From assembly GCA_049967475.1 (NCBI GenBank), contig JBMFSQ010000003.1:1-64000 (forward strand): a DNA stretch of 64,000 nucleotides. Direction: 5' to 3'. How positions within the stretch are numbered: position 1 is the stretch's first letter; every line of letters starts with the position of its first letter. Positions 11,033-19,337 of this stretch are shown here, in pieces. The notes beneath the pieces are model-generated. The model saw nothing but the letters and a program-made list of their open reading frames with translations. It searched no databases and was not told the origin of the DNA. Origin of the DNA: Chthonomonadales bacterium. Lineage in GTDB: Bacteria; Armatimonadota; Chthonomonadetes; Chthonomonadales; CAJBBX01. Position numbers and translations under genes: made by a program.

Positions 11033-11893
11033 CTAACCCGGAGTCTGTTCGGCAGCAGGAAACTCCCCATTCCGGACATCCGCTGCGAAGCGCGTGGCGG
11101 CGTCGCGGATTGTGTCGGCAAGTTCTGCATACCGGCGGACGTGGCGAAGGGGCCGGCGGGTGGAATATCCGAAAACATCGTGGAACACCAAAACTTGGCC
11201 GTCACAATGGGGACCGGCGCCGATGCCGATGGTGGGGATCGCCACCGCTTGCGTGATGCGGCCGGCAACATCGGGAGGGATGAGTTCCAAAACAATGGCG
11301 AATGCGCCGGCTTCCTCCAGAGCCGCGGCGTCGGCAAGGAGGTTCTGAGCACCCTCGTCGCCCCGCCCCTGGATGCGATAGCCGCCCAACTGGTAGACGG
11401 ATTGGGGTGTAAATCCCACATGGGCCATTACCGGTATTCCGCTTGACACCAGCGCGCGCACTGTGGGTGCGATGAAGGCGCCGCCCTCCAGCTTCACAGC
11501 GTGGACGCCTGCCTCTTTCATGAGGCGACCTGCGTTGCGGAGGGCGTCCTCGACGGATGCCTGGTAGGACAGGAAGGGCATATCGGCAACGACCATGGCT
11601 CTGCGGCTTCCCCGCGTTACAGCAGCCGAATGGTGGATCATCTCGTCCATCGTGACCGGCAGCGTGTTCTCGTACCCAAGCACGTTGTCGCCCACCGAGT
11701 CCCCAACGAGGAGGATGTCTATTCCTGCCTCATCCAGCAAACGCGCGGACGGGTAATCGTAGCAGGTAAGCATGACGATCTTCTCGCCCCGGGCCTTCTT
11801 TTCCTTGAGAGTGTGCAGCGTGATGCGCGATGCCCGCGCCTGCCCGCGTTGGGCATCTGCAGTTTCTTGGTGCTCGCCGCCGGCCCCGTTCAT
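11033..11893 (-). CDS. panB: 3-methyl-2-oxobutanoate hydroxymethyltransferase
   Basis: MLTCYD, LLVGDS, ADMPF, VKLEGG, TIGIGAG..CDGQVLV. Start could be 11893, 11941 or 11962. Confidence 0.96.
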   Translation of the reverse strand: MNGAGGEHQETADAQRGQARASRITLHTLKEKKARGEKIVMLTCYDYPSARLLDEAGIDILLVGDSVGDNVLGYENTLPVTMDEMIHHSAAVTRGSRRAMVVADMPFLSYQASVEDALRNAGRLMKEAGVHAVKLEGGAFIAPTVRALVSSGIPVMAHVGFTPQSVYQLGGYRIQGRGDEGAQNLLADAAALEEAGAFAIVLELIPPDVAGRITQAVAIPTIGIGAGPHCDGQVLVFHDVFGYSTRRPLRHVRRYAELADTIRDAATRFAADVRNGEFPAAEQTPG

Positions 11894-12041
11894 GCGTTCT
11901 CTCCGCCGCGCATCGGAATTCCTCGTAGACACTCTATGCATTGTACCGCCTATCGCCTCCATCCGCTGTGGCCACCGCCTCGCGCCTTGCCGTCAACGAG
12001 GAGTGAAGACGAACCCACGGCTTCAGGGTAGAATCAGATCC

Positions 12042-13442
12042 GTGAGCACTTCTGCTTCAGATCCTCGGCGGGCTTTGCCGGCGGTGGGCCGCCTCCTCGA
12101 AGATCCCCGGATCGTGGATGCTCAACGGGGGGTGTCTCGCCGCGCACTCGTGGAGGCATTGAGAAGCGTCCTTCAGGAAGCACGCATGGCTGGGACACAT
12201 CCCTCTGCGGACGATCTTGTGGAGGCCGCGTTGGCGCAGGTGCTCGCCTTTCAGCGCCGATCTTTGAAGAGGGCAATCAACGCAACCGGCGTGATCCTCC
12301 ACACGGGGTTGGGGCGCGCTGTACTATGTGAAGCGGCACGGCGTGCCATCGCCGAGGTCGCAGAAGGACACTGCACCCTCGAGATTGATCTGACCACAGG
12401 ACGAAGAGGGGACCGTCAGCTACACGTGTCAAGCCTGTTGAGTGAACTTACCGGCGCCGAAAGTGCGGCAGTAGTCAACAACAATGCAGGCGCCGTACTT
12501 CTGGCGGTGACCGTTCTGGCTGCCGGCAGGGAAGTGGTGATCTCTCGAGGGGAACTCGTAGAAATCGGCGGGTCTTTCCGTATGCCGGATATCATTCGCG
12601 CATCGGGGGCTCGTCTTGTTGAAGTCGGCACCACGAACCGCACGCGCCTCGAGGATTACGAAGACGCCATGGGTCCGGACACGGGACTGATCCTCCGATG
12701 CCATCCCAGCAATTTTCGCATCGTCGGGTTTACGGAAGAGGCACCCGCTGAGGGGCTGGTTGAACTTGGGCGCAGGGCAGGCGTTCCGGTTATGGAGGAC
12801 CTCGGATCCGGTGCTCTGCTGCAGAGTGTGGCGCGGGGTGCTGGACCGGTGGGGACGCTCGGTTCTTCAATACAATCGGGCTTCGATATCGTGACGGCGA
12901 GCGGCGACAAGCTTTTGGGGGGACCCCAGGCCGGGATCATAGTCGGCAAGCAGCGCTGCGTGGAACGCATTCGGCGCCACCCGATGGCTAGGGCTCTCCG
13001 GGTGGACAAGCTCACATTGGCTGCATTGGAGGCTACCCTGCGCGTGTACCGAGATGCCGAAACGGCCGCAAAGGAAATTCCGGCCCTTCGCTACCTCTTC
13101 CGCACCCGGGCCCAGATAGGCGAAATGGCCGGTAGATTGGAGGCGCTTATTCGGGAACAGGCGGGCTCGGCCGCGGAGGTCGTGACGGTGGAAGGCGTGT
13201 CCCAGGTAGGAGGAGGCTCGCTCCCCGGCGAAGAGCTGCCCACCCTTTGCGTTGCAGTTCGACCCTTGGCAATCACCGAAGAGGCGCTGGCCGCTTGCCT
13301 CAGGAACGCGGATCCCCCGGTTTTCGGGCGGCTGGAGCATGGTATACTCCTTCTAGATCCGCGGACGCTCGAGGAGGAGGAAATCGCCACCGTCGCCCGT
13401 GCGGTGGGCACGTGTTGCCGCCGAGCAGCAGAGGAAAGGTGA
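12042..13442 (+). CDS. selA: L-seryl-tRNA(Sec) selenium transferase
   Basis: INATGVILHTGLGRA, VVNNNAGAV, SRGELVEIGGSFR, EVGTTNRT, SGDKLLGGPQ (PLP lysine), GGGSLP. GTG start inferred. Confidence 0.96.
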   Translation: MSTSASDPRRALPAVGRLLEDPRIVDAQRGVSRRALVEALRSVLQEARMAGTHPSADDLVEAALAQVLAFQRRSLKRAINATGVILHTGLGRAVLCEAARRAIAEVAEGHCTLEIDLTTGRRGDRQLHVSSLLSELTGAESAAVVNNNAGAVLLAVTVLAAGREVVISRGELVEIGGSFRMPDIIRASGARLVEVGTTNRTRLEDYEDAMGPDTGLILRCHPSNFRIVGFTEEAPAEGLVELGRRAGVPVMEDLGSGALLQSVARGAGPVGTLGSSIQSGFDIVTASGDKLLGGPQAGIIVGKQRCVERIRRHPMARALRVDKLTLAALEATLRVYRDAETAAKEIPALRYLFRTRAQIGEMAGRLEALIREQAGSAAEVVTVEGVSQVGGGSLPGEELPTLCVAVRPLAITEEALAACLRNADPPVFGRLEHGILLLDPRTLEEEEIATVARAVGTCCRRAAEER

Positions 13443-13601
13443 TCGTTTTCGACAAAGGGCCGGCGTGTGCTGGTAATGGGTGCGAAAGCGCCGACGCCGT
13501 GTTCTGAGGCCGGCGGAGTTGTGTCCCAGCATTTTCCTGTGCAGGCGCGTGGCTGCTGCACCGGATGAAGGCTGGGGTTTGTGAGGGCATTCAACGAAGC
13601 G

Positions 13602-14669
13602 ATGACGGACGAACGGGAGAGGATCCGGAGGCTTACGCATCTCACCGGCTGCACCGGGTGAGTGTCCAAAGTGGGGGCGCCCCGGCTGGCGCAGGTGCTG
13701 CGCGGGCTGACTGTATTGCATGATGATCGCCTGCTGGTGGGCATCTCCACCGGTGACGATGCTGGCGTGTTTCGCCTAGCTGAAGACGTTGCCCTCGTGC
13801 AGACGGTGGACTTTTTCACGCCGATTGTGGACGACCCGTATCTGTACGGTCAGATTGCCGCCGCCAACTCACTCTCGGATGTCTACGCCATGGGAGGCGA
13901 GCCTCTCACCGCTATGAACATCCTTTGCTATCCCATCGGCCAGCGCGATCCGGACGAGTTGGCGCGTATCCTCCAGGGGGGTGCGGATAAGCTCGCCGAG
14001 GCAGGTGTCGTGCTCGTGGGAGGCCACACTACCGAGGATGACGAACCCAAATACGGCTTGGCAGTAACCGGTTTGATCCACCCGGGCCAGGTAGTGACCA
14101 ACAAGGGGGCTCAGCCTGGCGACGCGGTAGTGCTGACTAAGCCCCTGGGTGTGGGGATCATCGCGACGGCTGCCAAGTTCGACGAAGCCCCGCCAGACGT
14201 GTTGGAGGCCGCTTGTGGGACGATGGCTTATCTGAACGCCGGGGCGGCGCGCGCAATGAGGCGGGTAGGCATCGGGTCCGACGGCGTTCATGCAGCCACC
14301 GACATCACCGGATATGGCTTGCTGGGTCACCTGTTCAACATCGCAAGGGAAAGCTGCGTACGCATTCGTGTTCGCTCTGCCGATGTTCCCGTACTGGCCG
14401 GAGCCGAGGAATTGGCCGCTGCAGGGAATATCACCCGGGGCGACCGGGAGAACGCCCAGTACGTTGGCGAGTGCCTGCAGATGGCTCCTGAGATCCCCGC
14501 CACGCGCAGGAACGTGATGCTGGATCCGCAGACCTCCGGCGGACTGGCCATCGTGGTTTCAGAGCGCAGCGTGGATGAGCTGCTGGAGGCGCTTCGCTCC
14601 GAGGGGGTTCCTACACGGGCTGTGATCGGCGAGGTTGTGGACGGGGAAGCCGGCATTGAGGTAGTCTAG
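13602..14669 (+). CDS. selD: Selenide, water dikinase (selenophosphate synthetase), selenoprotein with Sec at codon 20
   Basis: ATG 13602 reads MTDERERIRRLTHLTGCTG, then TGA at 13659-13661, then VSKVG in frame with the 13662-14669 ORF (DDAGV, TVDFFTPIVDDP, ANSLSDVYAMGG, TDITGYGL.GH, DPQTSGGL). Confidence 0.95.
13681..13706 (+). promoter_or_regulatory. Candidate bacterial SECIS element in selD
   Basis: GCGCAG-GTG-CTGCGC hairpin (13689-13703) with a G-led apical loop about 34 nt after the UGA, extendable by flanking CCC/GGG pairing. Confidence 0.7.
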
Positions 14670-14683
14670 TCAGAAAGGTTCAT

Positions 14684-14783
14684 GGGGGCGGCTGGGGTCT
14701 GGTGGCTCTCCCGGTCTTCAAAACCGCGTGGGAGGCGGGCAGAACTCGCCTCCGGTGGGTTCGATTCCCACACGCTCCCGCCA
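14684..14783 (+). tRNA. selC: tRNA-Sec (anticodon TCA)
   Basis: Anticodon loop CTTCAAA, 6-bp D stem with TGGT loop, long variable arm GGAGGCGGG/CTCGCCTCC, T arm GTGGG-TTCGATT-CCCAC, discriminator G plus CCA. Confidence 0.96.
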
Positions 14784-14843
14784 GGCGCCCAGGCTGAGTT
14801 CGGATGTGCCCGGGCCGAAGCGGAAGCCCTAACAAAGGGGCTC

Positions 14844-14873
14844 TTGAACCGGCCTTCAGTCGTCGTGTATAAT
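14844..14873 (+). promoter_or_regulatory. sigma70-type promoter of tRNA-Ala
   Basis: TTGAAC-N18-TATAAT. Confidence 0.7.
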
Positions 14874-14918
14874 ACCGGGAGAGTGCACCGAGCGGGTCGG
14901 CGTGGCACTCTCAGGCGT

Positions 14919-14991
14919 GGGGCTGTAGCGCAGTTGGGAGCGCGTCTCAATGGCATTGAGAAGGTCCGGGGTTCGAATCCCCGCAGCTCCA
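14919..14991 (+). tRNA. tRNA-Ala (anticodon GGC), CCA not encoded
   Basis: GGGGCTG/CAGCTCC acceptor stem with G3:U70, anticodon arm TCTCA-ATGGCAT-TGAGA, T loop GTTCGAATC. Confidence 0.97.
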
Positions 14992-15008
14992 CTGAATGGT
15001 CCAATTTG

Positions 15009-15042
15009 AGGATTACGGTCCGAATTTCCGGGTCGTAATCTT
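15009..15042 (+). terminator. 14-bp hairpin downstream of tRNA-Ala (terminator or processing stem)
   Basis: AGGATTACGGTCCG / CGGGTCGTAATCTT with G-U pairs. No long U tract. Confidence 0.45.
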
Positions 15043-15149
15043 GAAGCGGGCGGTTGTAGGCTTTCATCCCGGCGGGCGCCGGCGGGTACAGTGCCCTAGG
15101 CGGGTGGTATGTCGCCATCCATCGGGGAGAGAGCGAGTACTCCAGCGCA

Positions 15150-16004
15150 ATGCAGAAGTCCGGTGTCTGCTCCCAACGGCGGCCTTCCATGCATGCCAGG
15201 CACACGCCCCGGCTGTTCTGGTCGTCCAAGCCGGGCGGCCTCCACGGCGTGGGTCGCGCCCACTGGGCGTGGTTCCGGCGCCTGACGTTGGCGTTCCTGG
15301 GGTGCCTGGGGTCGGTGTCCTCGGCGCCTGCTGTGGGAGCCCCGTCCGATGCCATGATCCTGGTCCAGCCGATGGGAAGCCAAGTGATTGTGGCCTTCGT
15401 GTTTCCTAAAGTCGTGTCTCATAAGCTGCTGGAGGCACGCATCCGCAATCTGGCTCGGAACGCAGGCTGGTCCGTGGCAAGTGTGGAGATAAACGACGAG
15501 GCCGTGCGCCCGGCGGGGAAGTCGGCGGCTTATGGCCGGCCAACCTTGGAGACGGGTGCGACCGTCGTGTTTCGGAACGCCGCTCAAGCTAGGGACGGCG
15601 GGTTTTTGCTTCAGCCCTATTTGGATGCCTGGGCAGACCTTCGGCGCATCGAGATCCTTTACATGACGCCCGCGTTTGCGGACTTTCGAGGCCTGCGCGA
15701 CTTTGACAGCCCGGCCCTTTCTGTACACCTCCTCAGGGCAGGAGGGCCCTACCACTATCTCGCCGAGATACGAGATCATACTCATCCCCTGCCTATTTTG
15801 CCGCTCACCCAAGTTGTAGAGGCGCCGCGCCCGCGGCAAAAGATGCCGTTTTCGCCTACACTTGCCGGAGAGATCGGCCTGGCTTGTGCTGTTGCGTCGG
15901 CGGCAGGTTTGATCACGATGGCGGGGTTCATGGTGCGCCTCCGTTTTAGGGGGCGCATGAAGCCGGTTGGAAAGAGGCAGGCGAGCAGATCGCACCTGCG
16001 CTAA
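15150..16004 (+). CDS. Hypothetical exported/membrane-anchored protein upstream of the PilT cluster
   Basis: Signal-like hydrophobic stretch (RRLTLAFLGCLG), soluble domain, C-terminal TM (IGLACAVASAAGLITMAGFMV) then basic tail. Start uncertain. Confidence 0.65.
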   Translation: MQKSGVCSQRRPSMHARHTPRLFWSSKPGGLHGVGRAHWAWFRRLTLAFLGCLGSVSSAPAVGAPSDAMILVQPMGSQVIVAFVFPKVVSHKLLEARIRNLARNAGWSVASVEINDEAVRPAGKSAAYGRPTLETGATVVFRNAAQARDGGFLLQPYLDAWADLRRIEILYMTPAFADFRGLRDFDSPALSVHLLRAGGPYHYLAEIRDHTHPLPILPLTQVVEAPRPRQKMPFSPTLAGEIGLACAVASAAGLITMAGFMVRLRFRGRMKPVGKRQASRSHLR

Positions 16005-16035
16005 CACGATGGCTTGGACACAAGGGGGAACGACC

Positions 16036-17103
16036 GTGCCTGAACTGGACGATTACTTGCGCTATGCGGCGGAACTGGACGCATCCGACCTATTCATTCG
16101 GGCAGATCAGGTACCGGCGGTGCGCGTGCACGGCCGCATCCAGTTGAGCGACTTCCCTGCGATTGATGCGGTGGAAGCTCGGCGTTTAGCCTACAGCAAA
16201 ATGACCGGCCGCCAAATCGAGGAATTCGAGCGCCATCACGAGATGGACCTGGCCTTCACTCTGGAGGGCATTACGCGGGTGCGCTCGTCCATCTATATGC
16301 AGCGCGGAACCGTGGCGATGGCCAACCGCCTGATCCCCATGCAGATCCGCTCGCTCGAACAACTGGGGATGCCGCCGACGCTCGCCGAGTTCACCAAGAG
16401 CCGCAATGGGCTTGTGCTCGTAACAGGCCCAACAGGCTCGGGGAAATCCACGACACTCGCCGCCATGATTGACCTGATCAACTCCAGCCGGCGGGTCAAC
16501 ATCGTGTCTATCGAGGACCCTATCGAGTACGTGCACCCCGACAAGATGGCCATCATCAGCCAGCGCGAGGTGGGTATTGACACCGACAGCTTCCAAGAGG
16601 CCCTAAAGCGTGTGCTCCGACAGGCTCCGGACGTGATCCTTATCGGAGAGATGCGCGACATTGAAACGATGAACGTTGCGCTTCAAGCTGCAGAAACGGG
16701 CCACTTGGTCTTTGCTACCGTCCACACTGCCAGTGCTGCAGAAACCCTGGATCGCCTCTCCAACATGTTCGCGCCCCACGAGCGGCCGATGCTGTGGCTG
16801 CGGCTTTCGGTGTCTCTGCGCGGTGTGGTGTCTCAGAAGCTCATTCCGCGTGCGGACGGCAAGGGGCGCGTTGCGGCAGTGGAAGTAATGGTGGTTACTC
16901 CGACGATCGCCAAGATGTTAGAGGAAGGCAAATCCGAAGACATCTACAGCCAGATCCGCCAGGCTGGCTTGGAGACATACTGGGGAATGCAAACCATGAA
17001 CCAGTGCCTCGTAAAGTACGTTAGAGCCGGCCTCATTACGGCTGAGGAGGCCCTGGCCAACGCCGGAAATTACACCGAGCTGCGCCAGATGCTTCGGCGC
17101 TAA
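16036..17103 (+). CDS. pilT: PilT/PilU-family type IV pilus retraction ATPase (copy 1)
   Basis: ASDLFI, GPTGSGKSTT, IEDPIEY, QREVG.DT, RQAPDVILIGEMRD, AETGHLVFATVHT, GMQTMNQ. Confidence 0.93.
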   Translation: MPELDDYLRYAAELDASDLFIRADQVPAVRVHGRIQLSDFPAIDAVEARRLAYSKMTGRQIEEFERHHEMDLAFTLEGITRVRSSIYMQRGTVAMANRLIPMQIRSLEQLGMPPTLAEFTKSRNGLVLVTGPTGSGKSTTLAAMIDLINSSRRVNIVSIEDPIEYVHPDKMAIISQREVGIDTDSFQEALKRVLRQAPDVILIGEMRDIETMNVALQAAETGHLVFATVHTASAAETLDRLSNMFAPHERPMLWLRLSVSLRGVVSQKLIPRADGKGRVAAVEVMVVTPTIAKMLEEGKSEDIYSQIRQAGLETYWGMQTMNQCLVKYVRAGLITAEEALANAGNYTELRQMLRR

Positions 17104-17159
17104 CGCCGTTCGGAGCGTTGCTCCTCCGTGTGTTGGGCACTGGGCAGGATGGCACGACG

Positions 17160-18248
17160 ATGTTCCATATAGACGACTTGTTGCGAATGCTGGTGGAACA
17201 CGATGCATCGGATCTGCATCTGCGCGTGGGGGAGCCCCCCGTGATGCGCATCCACGGCGACCTGAAGCGCGTGGAGGGATTTGCCCCGCTTACGGACCGG
17301 GACATGTACGACCTGATCTATCCGGTGATGAACGAAGACCGCCGCGTGCGCTTCGAGCAGAACATGGAACTGGATATGTCGTACCAAGTACCCGGCCTAT
17401 CCCGCTTCCGTGTGAACATCTTCCGGCAGCAGGGGCACATCGGCGCGGTGATGCGCGTAATTCCGTTCAATGTGCGCACCATTGACGATCTCATGATCCC
17501 TCCTGTCGTCAAAGACCTGTGCATGCTGCCCCGTGGCTTGATCCTCGTTACCGGCCCCACGGGCTCCGGCAAGTCTACCACCCTGGCTGCGATGGTGAAC
17601 CACATCAATGAGAACAAACCAAAGAACATCATCACCATCGAAGACCCCATCGAGTACATGCACCGGGACAAGCTCTCGGCCATCAATCAACGGGAGATCG
17701 GGGTGGATACGCATAGCTTCGCCGCGGCGCTCAAGCACGTGATGCGCCAAAACCCGGATGTCATCCTGGTGGGTGAGATGCGGGATCTGGAGACCATACA
17801 GCTCGCCATTACCGCGGCCGAAACGGGCCACCTCGTTTTCGCCACGCTCCACACCACCGATGCGCCCCAAACCGTGGACCGCATCATTGACGTCTTCGAG
17901 CCCGAAAAGCAGCAGCAGATCCGCATGCAGCTTTCCGTAACGCTGCAGGCGGTCATCTCTCAAACGCTCTTACTACGGGCAGACGGCAAGGATCGTGTCG
18001 CCGCCTTCGAGATCATGATCGCAACGCCGGCGATCCGAACCCTGATCCGCGAAGGCAAGACATACCAAATGTACACCGATATCCAAACCGGCGGAGTATA
18101 TGGCATGCAGACGCTGGACTCGCACCTGCTCAAGCTTACGTTGAGCGGCCTCGTAGATTTCGAGCATGCCCAGGCGAAGGCTTCGAACCCGGCTGAATTC
18201 GAGGTGCGGTACCGGCGGGCTCTGGAACGGGGTGAAGCTCCACAATAG
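17160..18248 (+). CDS. pilT: PilT-family retraction ATPase (copy 2)
   Basis: ASDLHL, GPTGSGKSTT, RQNPDVILVGEMRD, AIRTLIRE, GMQTLD. Confidence 0.95.
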   Translation: MFHIDDLLRMLVEHDASDLHLRVGEPPVMRIHGDLKRVEGFAPLTDRDMYDLIYPVMNEDRRVRFEQNMELDMSYQVPGLSRFRVNIFRQQGHIGAVMRVIPFNVRTIDDLMIPPVVKDLCMLPRGLILVTGPTGSGKSTTLAAMVNHINENKPKNIITIEDPIEYMHRDKLSAINQREIGVDTHSFAAALKHVMRQNPDVILVGEMRDLETIQLAITAAETGHLVFATLHTTDAPQTVDRIIDVFEPEKQQQIRMQLSVTLQAVISQTLLLRADGKDRVAAFEIMIATPAIRTLIREGKTYQMYTDIQTGGVYGMQTLDSHLLKLTLSGLVDFEHAQAKASNPAEFEVRYRRALERGEAPQ

Positions 18249-18263
18249 GAGGGTGCGCGTCCC

Positions 18264-19337
18264 TTGGTTACCGTAGACCAATTGCTCTATACAACCGTGC
18301 ATTACCAGGGATCCGACCTTCACATCAAGGCCGACAGTCCGCCCCTGGTGCGCATCCACGGCGATCTCATCCACCTGGATATGGAGCCGCTGACGCCGGA
18401 ACAGACGAAGTGGCTTTCGTTCAGTGTGCTTTCGGAGAACCAGCGGGCCCGCTTCGAGGAGGATCTGGAGCTGGATTTTGCCTACGAGATCCCTGGGCTC
18501 GCCCGCTTCCGCGGAAACGTTTACCAGCAGCGAGGCGCCGTACAAAGCGCCTTCCGGGTGATCCCATTCCACATTCAGACCATAGACGAACTTGGCTTGC
18601 CGCCCATAACCAAGTACTTTGCCGAGAGGCCTCGGGGTCTCGTGCTCGTAACTGGGCCGGCAGGGTCGGGGAAATCCACGACCCAAGCCGCCATGATAGA
18701 TTACATCAACAGCAATTACGCGCTGCACATCGTTACCGTTGAAGATCCCATCGAATTCATCCATGAGGACCGGATGGCCCTTATCAATCAGCGCGAACTA
18801 GACACGGACACACTCTCCTTTGCCAACGCCCTCAAGTTCGTGCTGCGCCAAGACCCTGACGTGATCCTGATCGGCGAGATGCGGGACCTCGAGACGATCC
18901 ACCTGGCTATTACCGCGGCGGAGACGGGCCACCTGGTGTTCGGCACCCTCCATACCACCGATGCAGTTCAGACGGTGGACCGCGTGATTGACGTGTTTCC
19001 CACACACCAACAGCAGCAGGTGCGCATGCAGATGGCAGTGAACCTCATCGGCGTAATCTCGCAGACGTTGGTGAAGCGGGCCGATGGTACTGGGCGGGTA
19101 GCCGCCTTTGAAACCCTGGTTGCCATCTCGGCGGTGCGGAACCTGATCCGAGAGAACAAGACGTACCAGATCTCGTCCATCATTCAAACCGGCCAGCGCC
19201 ATGGGATGCAGACGCTGGATCAATCCCTGGCAGCGCTGGTTAAGTCCGGCACGGTGCGGTACGAAGATGCTCTGGAAAAGGCGGCTAATGTCAATGAGTT
19301 CAAAGCTTTGGTGGGCGAGCCGCCGGGGAGCCGCTAG
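18264..19337 (+). CDS. pilT: PilT-family retraction ATPase (copy 3)
   Basis: GSDLHI, GPAGSGKSTT, RQDPDVILIGEMRD, AVRNLIRE, GMQTLDQ. AGGAGG precedes TTG. Confidence 0.95.
   Translation: MVTVDQLLYTTVHYQGSDLHIKADSPPLVRIHGDLIHLDMEPLTPEQTKWLSFSVLSENQRARFEEDLELDFAYEIPGLARFRGNVYQQRGAVQSAFRVIPFHIQTIDELGLPPITKYFAERPRGLVLVTGPAGSGKSTTQAAMIDYINSNYALHIVTVEDPIEFIHEDRMALINQRELDTDTLSFANALKFVLRQDPDVILIGEMRDLETIHLAITAAETGHLVFGTLHTTDAVQTVDRVIDVFPTHQQQQVRMQMAVNLIGVISQTLVKRADGTGRVAAFETLVAISAVRNLIRENKTYQISSIIQTGQRHGMQTLDQSLAALVKSGTVRYEDALEKAANVNEFKALVGEPPGSR

Noticed and set aside
14666..15355. ORFs 14666..15355 (-) and 14682..15038 (+)
   Set aside because: They overlap tRNA-Sec and tRNA-Ala and are spurious.
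14992..19337. Integrative element at the tRNA-Ala or tRNA-Sec 3' end
   Set aside because: No integrase, and I saw no duplicated tRNA 3' end in the window.
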